Positions 23,893-37,071 of a DNA stretch of 64,000 nucleotides are shown piece after piece. The position numbers and the translations under genes were made by a program. The stretch's first letter is position 1; every line of letters starts with the position of its first letter. Location: assembly GCF_001194135.2 (NCBI RefSeq), contig NC_068990.1, positions 31,180,476-31,244,475 on the forward strand, written 5' to 3'. A model generated the notes under the pieces. That model was given only the letters and a program-made list of their open reading frames with translations. It made no database searches and had not been told where the DNA came from. Origin of the DNA: Octopus bimaculoides (lineage: Eukaryota).

Positions 23893-26044
23893 CTGGAAGA
23901 TATTAATGAATAAAAGGAAGTTTTAAAAAGATGAAATTGAAAAGTATTTCAAAAGGAGACAAAATGTGTTTAAAATATATAAAATAATTTTCTCTGTATC
24001 AAATTGTAATTTGTAATCATCAGAAGAAAGTATATACATAGATATGATGATGATGATGATGAAATATTTTAAACATTTTCTAGAATAGTTATAATCAATT
24101 GAAGTTCTTGTTTTTACTGTTGCTAATCCATCACTAAATCCCCCAAAATTCAAGGAGACTAAAGGCTGTTTGCATTATTGAAAGTCAATTTGGTAGAAAT
24201 AACAAAAGTGGGTTTTTTTCATCTAATTATTTTTTTTTTCACCTTGTTTTTCATCCCCACACTTCTTTTTCTTCCACTCATTTGTTTCTCACGTGTTTTC
24301 CTATTAACTATTTGTAGATCAATTTCTTCTCTCATTCTCGTATAAAGATCTCTCCAAAATGCTTTATATTTAGCTGTTATAGTTATTCTCAATGGAAGGT
24401 TCCTCTCCCTTTCCCATCCAAGTGTGGATTTCATTGTCGTCAATTATGAGTAGTGTCTAAGCAAATCTGGAGTCTAAGATTATGAGAATTTCAACCTATT
24501 CATTAATACGTACAATTTCTGATTAGTTTTTCTTAAGCTTATTTTACCACTTGCAAAAATCAATATTTTATCCAAAGATGAAAAAAAAAGTATCCATGTA
24601 ATTATATTACCATGAACTATATTTAATTAGGGGTTCTGCTAATATAACTTATCTATATTATAAACTATCCACATTATTTTGTTACAGTACGTCTTAACAA
24701 ATCTAAATATGCTATACTACATCCATATTTTCATAATAGTGAAACATCTATATGGTTAGACTTGAACTCTTAGTTACATAGAAAAGTATATATCTTGCAT
24801 AAACATTATAAAGTTATAGTAACATATTTACTTCCATTATCTACAATAAATTATATTTATGATACTCAGCTGTTTTCACTTGATATTCACTAACATCTGT
24901 CAATGTTGTGTTGCACATCCAATGAATCATACTTGATTTGTTATATTCAAAAAACTTCACTTGATGACTTTGCTGCTTCTCATAAAGCATCACACATATA
25001 TTTGAGATACATATCTTATAGTCCAGCCTTTGTGCAGAGATAAAATTTCTTTGATGCTAACAAAGGCATCTATAAAGAACTGATTCTACTTCCAGCACTA
25101 ATTAGGTCTCTCATGTATCAAAATTTATCACATAATCTCACAGAACCATAAATATGAGTTTTGTTTTTAGTCTTTAAGTATTACATTAACCTATATACAA
25201 AGTAAAAAGTCCTGTTGTCATTGTCTCTCTCTGCTGACTACATTACTTGGGTTTTGGTGTACCCTGGTCAATTGGAGACCCTTGACTCTATATAAATTCT
25301 TATTGTATTATATAATTTGCACCCTTTCCAGCATGTGTATATACTGATTCATCAGCACAAAAGATGCACTCTTGCATAGCATGCACCCCTATTTTACAAG
25401 TATATTTAGTGGAAACAAAAATTTAGTATGTTTCATCATATGCTTATTGAAAGATATTTTGAATTGTAGGAGATGTATAGATGTATGATTCTCCCTGCAA
25501 ATACAATACAGTCATAGCATACTAGAATAAAGTATGAAAATATAAATAAAACATACATAAACTATATTATACAATTACTATATTTCAACTTTATCTTCTT
25601 TCAAACCAGTTGTATATTTATTCATATTTTGATCAAGAGAATTGCTATACAGGATGTGAAACTTGTATTTTTGGCTATGAAATTTTGTGTTACCCTGATT
25701 GTCCACCAGGATGGCACACCACTGCTATGATTTTGTTGTCATCCACTCATTGCAAATAGCTGACAGATGAATGAAAGTTTAACACTCCTTTCATTTTACA
25801 AGGAGAATTTTCATTTAGACATTTAAAAAATGTTTCTTAAAGGTAACACTCAGTCATTAAATAATGTAAGATACATATCAGGTGTGGGTAATGTATGCTG
25901 GGGAAGTATAAGGAGTTCATGTGACCTCTTCACATAACTGCCAATGTACCATAAGTGAATTTTCATAAGTTTGTACTGTGACATTTTGGATTGTTTCCAA
26001 TATAGTCATTGGAAACACGTATCTCAGGGTACAGTGAATATATT

Positions 26045-26914
26045 GTCGTCTAAATTATGCAAAAATGAAAATAACAGTGACATCTCATTTTAACAGATAT
26101 ATTCACCAAAATTACATAAAAATATTTTGAAATATTAAAGAGTAAATTTATTCAATAAAATCACCATTGGCTTCAACCACAGCCTCCAGACCACTTTAGA
26201 GTCTCCTGCAACTCTTCTGGATGGTCTCCTTGTTTAAGTTGGTGAACGCTGCCATAATCCTTGTCTTCAGTTCATCTTTGGTGTTACAAGCAGTTTTGTT
26301 GGTCTCTTGCTCAACTGTGCTCCACACATAATAATCAAGGGAGTTGCAGTCTGGGGAGTTAGGTGGCCAGTTAAGGGTGATGTGGGTGCAGAAATTATCT
26401 GACAACTATGAATGGGTTCTCTTGGTTGTGTGGCATAGTGCAGAGTCCTGTTGCCAGACATAGGGTCTTCCAACAGCCACTCTCTTTACCCAGGGCAGCA
26501 CTACCTCCTCGAGGCACTTGATGTAGGCCTCCGTGTTGAGTGTGAGGCCACGTGGGAAGATGAATGGAGACTTAATGTCACCATCACTAGTGATCACATC
26601 ATTCTCAGTACATGCACTGTCCTCAAATGTCCTCTGAAATGTTCATATTGGAGATTCCGGTGTGAATACCAAGCAGTACAGCAGTACAGTGTGAATACAA
26701 GCAGTACAATTCACTCTGGCAGAGTGAATTGTATCATGGTGCTGCTTACCAGAGAAAACTCACAATATAATCAGACATCATGAATTGCATTTCGAAAAGT
26801 GATGGTGTATCTCTTCAATGTTGTAAAACAGAATTGTCTGAATAAAACATTAGAGTTAACGACTCAAATTTGGTGTGTAAGAAAATCGGACATTTCATTC
26901 TTAATGACCTGATA
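26045..26914 (-). mobile_element. Internally deleted Tc1/mariner transposon (DD37D/maT-like)
   Basis: ITSDGDIKSPFIFP..EEVVLPWVK..YVWQQDSA..*LSDNF..WPPNSPDCNSLDYYVW..RLEAVVEANGDFIE*. W is replaced by TAG. The second-to-third Asp spacing is 36 here, which I interpret as D37D minus one codon. Only one end was recognised. Confidence 0.85.
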
Positions 26915-26927
26915 TAAATCTATATTG

Positions 26928-26965
<38 letters not shown>

Positions 26966-26968
<3 letters not shown>

Positions 26969-27133
26969 GGAGTGACTGTGTGGTAAGAAGCTTGCTTCCC
27001 AACCACATGGTTCCGGGTTCAGTCCCACTGCGTGGCACTTTGGGCAAGTGTCTTCTACTATAGTCTCAGGTCAACCAAAGCCATGTGAGTGGATTTCGTA
27101 GATGAAAACTGAAAGAAACTCATTGTATGTATA

Positions 27134-27230
<97 letters not shown>

Positions 27231-27390
27231 TTATTATGCTCTTGTAACTTAGCAGTTCGGCAAAAAAGGCCGATAAAATAAGTACTAAACACACAAAGAG
27301 TAAGTCCTGGGGTTGATTTGATCAACTAAAGGTGGTACTCCAGCATAGCCACAGTCAAATGACTGAAACAAGTAAAAGAATAAAAGAAAA
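26966..27390 (+). mobile_element. SINE family A with internal (TA)n(GT)n
   Basis: gcaggagtgactgtgtggtaagaagcttgcttcccaaccacatggttccgggttcagtccc ... gactgaaacaagtaaaagaataaaag. Confidence 0.9.
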
Positions 27391-27794
27391 TATATATGTG
27401 TGTGTGTATATATATTTGTTTTCCTTTTCATCTGTAGTCATAATTACTTTTAGTTGCAGAACTCCAAATATTATATACCTCATATTTTTCTATACAGATA
27501 ATACACTAGCATGTCAGAATTCAAAGTCAACTCAAGATTATTTGCAGACTAATTTCAAAAGGAATAAAGAATGCATATTTTTTCTAAAAAGCAAAAGTTT
27601 GCGGTTGTTATAGATGCCAACACAAGCGGCAATCAAAAGAATATTCAAAAGATTTTTCCATTCCATTCACTTACACTAAATAGAATAAAGCTTCACATCT
27701 GTCTCATTTTTATTTTCATTTATAATTTATACAATGCTTGATAAATAAATGGAAGGGTATGTAATTTTAAATCAAAATGATAGCAATATTAAAG

Positions 27795-27950
27795 TATCAG
27801 TTTGAGTTCAAATTCCACCAAGGTTGACACTACCTTTCATCCTTTCAGGTCTGATAAGATGAGTAGCAAATAAGCACTGGGGTCAATGTAATTGACTTAC
27901 TCCCTACCTTGAAATCCTAGCCTTGTGCCAAAGTTTGAAACCAATATTAA
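27795..27950 (+). mobile_element. SINE family B, partial
   Basis: gagttcaaattccaccaaggttgac..cactggggtcaatgtaattgac..ccttgtgcc. Confidence 0.7.
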
Positions 27951-28100
27951 AATGTAGCTTTTAATAAAAGTCAAATTTCAGAGTAAAACATACAAGCAAA
28001 TGATATTTTTAAATATTAAATTGAAACTATAAAACGAGAAATACAATGTATATTTAAAAGATGAAAAGTATGTGGTTAGAAAACAAGTATTTATACTTAC

Positions 28101-28164
28101 TTCCAAAGATTTAGGGAAGAAACTGTTATCTCTTAATCTTCTGCCACGATCTGCATAAGCTACA
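28101..28164 (-). CDS. TM9SF1: TM9SF1 coding exon
   Basis: tatttcag|T GTA...TTG GAA|gtaagt; VAYADRGRRLRDNSFFPKSLE (human FFPRTLE). Confidence 0.95.
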
Positions 28165-28424
28165 CTGAAATAATATAAATAGATACACAATAAATACATA
28201 ATTAAGTCTAATGAAATGAGACAATAATGAAGATGTCAAGGAAAAGGAAATAGATACTGCATATGTATATGTATGATTGTAATTGAGAAGGTTTGTAAAT
28301 GTGTAAGTCTGTTCATGAAAGTTATATTCCTTATATTGTAGATTTGTTTTGTTTCAAATAATGATTTAGTTGTATGTTATTAAGATTACATACATGAATA
28401 TTTATTTTACACAAAGAAACTTAC

Positions 28425-28534
28425 TTTGTTTGATGCCATTTAACACTGTATGTAAATGCGACAAGATAAGGTGCTGAAACCTCATCCAAACTTATAGGAA
28501 GCTGTTCTTTTGTTGAGACATTCGCAAATATTAT
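28425..28534 (-). CDS. TM9SF1: TM9SF1 coding exon
   Basis: ttttag|ATA ATA...ACA AA|gtaagt; IIFANVSTKEQLPISLDEVSAPYLVAFTYSVKWHQT(N). Confidence 0.95.
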
Positions 28535-30670
28535 CTAAAAATGATAAAAAGAAAATGATTATTTCAAATATTAGTAAAATCTATATTAATACTGTTAATT
28601 AAAATCATACCCTGCAAAAAATTTTTAAATCAAAAAAGCCCAGTCCTTTGAGGATCAAGCAGAAAATACCTAAACTTTGGTTTGTTTATTTAAATACTTA
28701 ATTTGTGTCAATTTGTGGTCAGGTTAATGTGAAAATTGACAGTATTGCAGAAAAGATTAGTTTTTCAAATGTATGTAATAATTTGTGCTAAAAATAATAT
28801 TGCATATATGTAGTTATTAAATAATTACATAATAACAACTAAAGAAACTCAAAAAATTGGAAAAAAGATATTAGCAATAAATTAAATACAACTAGTAACA
28901 AACATGGTCATACAAACATTGTAAAAAGATTTCCCCCTGACCTCTTAGCAGCTTATTATGAAATTTACAAGTAGCTGAGTATTATTTTATGAAGATGCAT
29001 GCATTTAAAATTTATGAAGCAACACTGGTTACCTGCATATAAATGGCTAGATTTAAAATCAACATAAGCATTGATGCATTAGCTCTTTCTTATCTAGCAG
29101 TCAGTCCCTTTTGCTACTTACATTCCCCTTCCACTATCCTAAAGACAATACTTTCTACCCAGTATTGGTAAGCCATAGTTATGTCAAAGTTTTCAAAGAG
29201 TACAGGCACTAATTTTTTGAAATAGTTAATACATCTCACTCATATTACATGCCAAATAAAGATTTATCAAGTCCAAATTTTTACATTTTCAAAAACATTG
29301 AAAATGTAAAAGAAAACAGTAAGAAATTAGCCAATTAATTTTTTTAACAAAATACAAAAATATGTTAACTTCCAATATCTAATTCCTGGTAATTAAGAAA
29401 TTGAAGAATCTAGTAAAAAANNNNNNNNNNAAAAAAAAAAAAAAAAAAAAGCCAAGTGAATTGAATTTAGGAATTTCAATATTTCAGATGAAATTGTGAA
29501 ATACATCATCAATATCAATTCTTTAATTTATTGTATAATAACATAAAACATTTAACAACTGATTATTACAAGGTGCAGTTAACAATACCCATTTCCTTTT
29601 GTCACTATAAAGGTTACATAGGACATGTTTTATGGTAATACATTGGTACTTTCCCATTTCTTAGTTTAAAAATAAAAGTTTCTTTCATTACCCCCAGCTA
29701 TATAAGTCTTTCTGCTCTCTTATGACTGAGTTTATCAATCATATGCTTTCCACCTTTTAGAATGTGTTAAATTTATTATTTCTTCAGACTTTCAGTGAAA
29801 AGAGAAAACAAAAATTTTGGTGTAAAAAACATTAATTAAAAAAACAAAAAAAAAACAGTGTAGGTACTTTTTTTATGCATTCAAAGAAACAAAAATAATA
29901 GGAAGTGTATTTCATTTTTATTTAGTCAGCCTAGGAAAGACAGAAGAACATGTGACTTTCCAAACTTAACAATGGAGTTAACATTCATCTGATAGAAAGA
30001 GAATCTCTGAATTGTCATATACAGTAGTATGGCACATTAATAAGTGGTATGATGGTTGTCAGGGTTAGAATAGACACAGATATTAATATGAAAGGTAACA
30101 TAGATACCTCAACAATTCTAGAGTCAATAACTGTTCCACAATAACACTTGGAGTGAAAACATGAGTGCAGTTTTGAGTAAGGTTACACAAAGTATTTCAT
30201 AAGAGTTTAAAGGTAAATTGACAAAATTTGGGAGAATGTAACATAAGTGACACAGGCATATGAAATGATTTTTAGGTTTAACTATATCAAATTGGATTAG
30301 ATACAAATTCAGTTGTTCAAAGGAACACTTTGGTAGAAGAGGAACTTTGCTATTTTGGGATATAGTTTATGTGTGGAGTGCAATACTTTAATAGTTTTCT
30401 TATTTTGCATAAATTTGGGAACTACTGAGAGCAAAAGCATTTTCTGGTCTAGCTTTTGTTTACTATAAACTGTCCTCAGGGAATAAAAAATTATTTAGTC
30501 TGTAGGAAACTGAAAAGAATTATAAAACTTCTGTCAAACAGTTAATGTTGGGCATTTGTACTTTCACTATCTATCAGAGGATGCAAATGCTGCTATGTAA
30601 AGTAACTACTTTAAATGTAATTTTGTTGCTAACATGATAAAATTCTGTTATCTAAGAAAACAAAACTCAC

Positions 30671-30789
30671 CTGATTCCCATTGTATTCTATATTGAAGTG
30701 CAAATGAGCCCATAAGTATATTTTATGATGGTGTGGTAGAAAGCCTCCTTCTTCGAGATGCCCTATAAAACCTCTAACAGGAATTTCAT
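30671..30789 (-). CDS. TM9SF1: TM9SF1 coding exon
   Basis: ttgtttcag|AT GAA...AAT CAG|gtgagt; (D)[39 protein letters not shown]. Confidence 0.96.
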
Positions 30790-31211
30790 CTGAAACAAAA
30801 GTGATAAATTAAATACAACAATATGACCATGATTGAAATGTTATAAGATATTGTTTCAGAAATGGAACAACTAATAACTTGTGTTGTTTTCCTAAAGATT
30901 TTTTTACTACAGATTTTCAACTAAAGATAATAGCTTCTATTTCTCTATATATGTAAGATGATATAACTAAATATATATAAACAAACTCTTGTTTGGTCTA
31001 TCTTTCTAAATGTACTCTGTGACTAAGCAACTGTAGATTCTAACCAAATGAAACTCAGAATATAATATGAACCCTTCTCACAATTTTCTTTTGGATACAC
31101 AGAAATACAATGCTTTTCTAAATATGATTTTTTGTTGTTGCCTTTAAATCTAAACCTCTCTCTAAAATTATGTGCGTGTGTACATACACATATATTGACA
31201 CAGGAATGCAT

Positions 31212-31255
<44 letters not shown>

Positions 31256-33139
31256 CTACATGAAAAGATGTTTATACTCTAGTTTGAATGTAAATGGGAG
31301 GTGGAAAAGTTTAACCATATTAAAGAAATTAAAGAGAAATAAAGTCTGAAAAATAAAATCTGAAATAAATAAGTAAATAAATAATTAAAGCATACTTTAA
31401 TATCTTTGAAAACTTTCACCTGACTGAAAGACACACCAATTTATATAAACTGACATCACTTTGTTTTCACACTGTATTCTTAAATCCTGTTGTTACTAAT
31501 CAGGAACAGTGCTACTATAAGCATAATTTTCAGCTTAATATTCTCAATATTCTATCACTATCATGCTTTCAGTATGTCCTTACATCCTTTTATCTCCCAT
31601 ACACTGAGTCCTAAATGTCAGTACCAGAGGGAAATACCAAGCAGAATCAATGTTTCTTATTAGACAATACTGTGGTGACTTCTAGCAAATAGAAGTAAAG
31701 TAATTGAAAAAGAAGCAAGAAACAGCAGTAAGAATCTTAATATTTCCTACATGACTGGCAGCTGATATCTTACTGACAGCCTACTGATCATCATGTTAGT
31801 GTAAGTGGAAGACATTGAACTAGAAATGGTAAGTAGTTGGCTAGCAGGCATTAATATGAGCCACCTATCATCAGGTGGATAGCCATTAACTGTAATCCTG
31901 CACTTATAATACAGAGTAACATAATGCAAACAGCAAGTAGACATGTCAGTAGTTTACTTCAAAATGGTCAAACAATGAAGAAAAGAAGGCAAACAGAGGT
32001 AATGCCAATAGAAATCACAATAGAAATGCCTGGTTTATAAATTTTAAGTTAATCCCCAGTTCACTAAAAGATTAAATGTCAAATATGTTTTGCATTATTT
32101 CAGTTAAAATTTTAAATATTTTAGTCTTTATAATATGAGTAAAAAGTTGTTTTTTTTATCAATGCTTTTCTATATAAGTTTGCTTGTAAATGTATTTCAT
32201 GTACTATTTAAATATTTTTCATATAAACATTTAAATATCATATCCTTTTAAATAGCTTGAACAATTGTACCTACTAACAAGCAGGATAGATACATGAGAT
32301 GATTTAAACCACAGGAAATAAGAAGGAAGATTTAAAAAATTTTCAACACAGAAGTTTCAGAGTAAACAAATGGCCAATGAATTATCAGAATCAAGCAAGG
32401 TTGGGATATTGAGCCATCTTTTTACACTCAATCTGGCACATGAATGGGATAATTTGTTTATTTTATGTTAGATAATGACCGTAGGGGCTGTGATACATTT
32501 GTAGTCATTCTTACTATTTTGGCGGATATGCTGAATATATACCCACTTCTTTCTGTTTTTCTTTTTCTTCAGATTCATGTTTTTTTAAACAAATTCCAAT
32601 TTTGCCAAGGAAAACAAAAAGTATTTCAAAATTTTAAAGTTCTCTCACATTTCTTTTGTTTTTGCTTTATCCAGAACCTCCTTTTAATTCTCCAAAGAAA
32701 AATATGGAGATTATGAAGGAAAGATTTTTCAAAATTCCATTTAAAAAAAAAAAAATGATTTCCCAGCCCATCTTCTAAGCTTTTGGAATAGCCACACCCA
32801 TCTGTCACAGCAAAAATATGAATATTTTTAAATGCTTATTTATTTTGCATATGCATAGATGATTGTCAAACCATAATATGACAGTTAAGATGCCTCAATA
32901 TGGTCACTAAACATGCTAGAAATGACAACCAAATTTCCCTCAAACCTCACCTACCTTTTGTTTTTAAAATAATTTCTCTAAAATTCCTATGTTTTCATCA
33001 TGAAGATTTTGATTTTGCCAAAAAGACAACATTTTAAAATTTCAATTTCACTTATCCTCCAAGTTTTTTTTTTCGACTTTGAAAAATTTTTGGTGATGAT
33101 GGTGGTGTTGTTGATGAATTGTATTGCATAATCTAAACT

Positions 33140-33420
33140 GTAGTTTCAGTGTTTTAGAAGGGTAGATTGGACCCACCATCACCAAAACCATTATCACCAG
33201 CATTGCCAATAACAAGAATAACACCGCAACCATCAACACTACCACTACCACCACCACTATCACTAACACAGACAAGACAACTACAACCACCAATGCCATT
33301 CCCCATCAATAACACCATTATTACCATCACTACCACCACCAACACCATCACTACCACCACCAACACCATCACTACCACCACCAACACTATCACTACCAAC
33401 ATCAACACCACTATCAACAC
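33140..33420. repeat. (ACC/ATC/ACT)n low-complexity tract with 21-bp sub-period
   Basis: taccaccaccaacaccatcac repeated about 3 times near 33331-33395. Confidence 0.85.
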
Positions 33421-36074
33421 AGTAAGCTCTCACACAAAATATCAGTATCATAAACACATTTTGTAAGGCAAATAAGTTTTCTCTTTTTTTTTTCTCATTT
33501 ATTAAATTTCTTTTTTATCTGTTCAAAATAGTAGTACATGCAAATGAGAAAGCCTACTTAAAAAGTTTCATACAACAGAATTTATGGAGTAGGAAAGAAT
33601 TTTGAAAAAGAAGAGTCTTTTAGAATTATAATTTCTAAACAAAAAAAGGTGATGGGGTGCAAATAATTAAAATTTTACAATCCTGTTTTTTTTTCTTTTA
33701 AAAAATTAGAATCTCTGTAAAATAAACAAAAAAAGAAGGGGGTATGACTGGTTTGAAGAAGATTTGGCTATTATTTCTAGCATGTTAAGTGACCAAACTG
33801 AAGTCTCCTAAATGTTGTGTAGTGGTTTATTAATTTTTTTCTTTGATCTTATAGTAACATCTATGCATGTACAAATGAAAGGGACATATTTAAAGTTTAA
33901 CAGGATTTAATTTAGAGGAGGGAGATTTTATAAAATATATATTTTGAAAAACATTTTTTCCCAAAAAACAATTTTTTTCCTCAGAATCAAACTTTTTTTG
34001 AAAATGTTTTGATAAAATTATAAGCCACTGAAATTGTTTAAATAAAGAAAAGAAAAGTTTGAGGGAACTTATAACTTATTTCTAACTCAGACAACAGTGT
34101 TGAGGCCTTCTAAATGTTGTCTTGTTTAGCAGACATTCAAGAATGCATAAATGAAAGGCCATGTTTAATAATACCTGGGTAGTTGTACAGCAGGGGTGTA
34201 GTAACCTGAAAAACTGGGATGGTGGAATACTTTTTTTTTTTAAAGTAGAAAAGTGAAAAAGGGAAGGTTGAAATCTTGTACTTTCTTTGAGAAATCAGAA
34301 TCCCTATTGTTGAAAACATAGGAATCTAAAGAATAAAACAAGAGATATCTTTTTACTGTTTTACATTTATTTTTCTATTTTGCAATGCTTAAATGGATCT
34401 ATTGGAGCAGATTCTTTACTGTTCCTACTACCAAAAACTCATCTATTAAAATAGGAGAACAATTTTCTATTTGTAAGACAAAAGAATATACATCACTATA
34501 CTTTGCTTAGAGATTACCCAAAGTAGCTGTGGTAATGATTTGAACTTATAATCATATGAACAGTATCCTAGTACCCTATGAATTAAAAGTATCTTTTATT
34601 CAAAGTTGTCTAGTGCTATTGCACTAAACTTGTATACTTTCAGTTCTTCTATACGGCACTTATGAAAAGGGTTTGCATATAACTTTGTGTAAGCATTTCT
34701 TTTATTAGATGAATACTATTTTCCAAGTAAAGTATTCCAAGACCAGAGGCTTTATCAAAAACGATATTAAAACAAAAAGAAAAAGAAAGCAATAACATCG
34801 TTATCAGTTTAGCTATATGCGTGGAGCCTTAAAGTTGAACAAAATGTGTATTTATGCTGTTTTTTTAATTTATAAACTGGCATGTCTTCTATTGAGCTTC
34901 ATATCAATTCTTTTATAGAAAAAATTTATTAGATTTCTGATTGGGTGATTTATTGAAAGTAGCAATAATGTGCTGTTATTAAAATGCAAGTTTAATGACC
35001 AAAGTGAAATTGAATGAAATCAAAAGAACTTAAATTTTTATTGACAACAAAGGATTTCACACTTAAATTAGGCTATATTACAATGGAAAAGAATGAATAT
35101 GGAGGATTTACAGCAATTATAAAGAATAAGATGGATATGAACCACTTATTTAGATAGTAAAGAAAGTGGCTGGACAACATTTACCTCTATATATAATAAT
35201 TGCTGGGATAAATGTTGGTTCATTGATTTCTCCAGTCATGCTTTACATGAGAGAGAGAGAGAGAAAGAGAGTTAAAAAAGAGGTAAAGGGAGAGTTAGTA
35301 TAAGAGTTGTAAGACGAGTACATGCATAGGTTTGGTGGCAAGAGGAGGAGGAGAATAAGTAAATGACAGTTAAGGGAAGAGTTTTATTTAATTTAATCTA
35401 AGGTAATAAATATTTTTCTGTTGAATATTAGTATTAATTTCATCATTTTGTATAAGCATCAAGAAATTTAATAATAGTTAAACTATAATTATTACATGTA
35501 TAACATATTTCCTGATATTATCCACTGTGGTAAAAGTATACTTCTAAACTTATCCATCATATGACAGGTAAAACTCTTCTTACATATAAAAGAAGATGCA
35601 TACATTGGTGCAGATATATAATTGCAGGCTGGATGGAAATGTTTTGAAATTTAATAGTAAAAAGAACTCAGAGTAAAAACCAACCAAGACTGAGGAGTAT
35701 TTATATAAAATTTTAGAACATTTAGCTTGACAGATGAGATAAGGTCTATGCAATATGGAAGGATCTGTACTGCAGATCTGTCACAATTCTTTCCATTTTG
35801 GAAGAATTCAACATTACAACCATTTCATCACTATATTTCTAACAAGAATAAACTCTGGAATGTCTTAAAGTGCTAAAATAATTATGAATTTAAACGGGTC
35901 TCATAAACAACTGACTTATATACAAGCAGAAGGACCTGGTTTCACTTGGGTTATAAATTCATAAGTCTTAATGCAGTACTCTTTGCTTGTAGTGTAAGAT
36001 TAGTGTATTTCTCAGAAAGTAATACTTTTAACACCCAATGGTTTTTACACTTCTGTACATTACATGCACATATT

Positions 36075-37071
36075 ATTCACGGCTCTGGAGGTTGGGACAT
36101 TGCAGGGAGTTTAACCTTTCTACTGCAGCAGCACAGCCCAGGTGTCTCTCCAGGCCACTTCCTTGCTTTACAGTGTATGCACTCAGTTATCATTGCACCA
36201 ATGGAAACTTTAGTGTCATCTCCATAATTAACTGCTGGATCATAGTTGAAAGCTGCTTCATAGAAGTTGCTTCTTTGAGCTGTTGTAACTGCTCTTCCTT
36301 CTGCAGTGGAGATCAGGCGTGCATATCTCTGTTCAATACCAGTACACAACTGTTTTTTTTTTTTATGCGCAACTCTTGTCTCATCATTCTCAGATGCTCT
36401 GGCTGCTGTAGTGTGCAATCTGTTTGTTTCTTTCTTGACATGCTTCTCTCTTTTCAGCTGTCTCTCTTTCCCTCAACAGAGACATTCTTTTGGCTGACCT
36501 TGACACTGGAGACAAATCTGACACCTTCCTTCTAGGCAAGGTTATTTACAAATACACAAATACACCGGTACAGAAGAATGTGAACAATGAAAGTAACTGT
36601 AATAATATTTTTGGTACCAGAAATCGTTACGACAGTAAACTCTAGACTGAATGGTTGACAGAATGAAGAGAGAATGATAGAGTAAGAAATAGACAGAGAG
36701 GAAGTACAGTGAGAAATTAGATAGGGAACATGCCTCCCAAATATTAAAAATAGACATTTGTAACATCGAAAGAAGTTGAGTTATTGACAGAGTGAGGAAG
36801 GAAGAGAGAGAGAGAGAGAATAAGGAAGAGGAGTTGCTACGTCTGGCTAGTCACAGTTGTTACGTTAGTACCAGAAGTTGACATTGAAAAACCCTTTTAA
36901 AGAAGTTAATCTTATATAAAGCAATATTATTTATTTTTAATATAAAAATAAATGAAGACCATATTATTGTATCTCAAGTTAAATTATTCATGCACCCCAA
37001 GTATGGAACCAATTTGTGCAGCCGTTTTCGCGTGAAAAGTGAACACACAGAGGTCTATTTTATATATAAGA
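36075..37071 (-). mobile_element. Helitron 5' fragment (5' terminus plus Rep/helicase N-terminus)
   Basis: Minus 5' end A|TCTTATATATAAAATAG at 37071. Coding remnant (TTG)PRRKVSDLS..AFNYDPAVNY..IGAMITECIHCKARKWPGETPGLCC..KVKLP..PPEP, typical of the Helitron Zn-finger region; one frameshift near 36418. Confidence 0.85.

Noticed and set aside
26451-26783. 110-aa plus-strand ORF
   Set aside because: Antisense shadow of the mariner transposase
33048-33466. Mucin-like poly-Thr and poly-Val ORFs
   Set aside because: Translations of an (ACC)n tract with no splice or homology support
36038-36535. 165-aa plus-strand Cys/Ser-rich ORF
   Set aside because: Antisense shadow of the Helitron coding remnant
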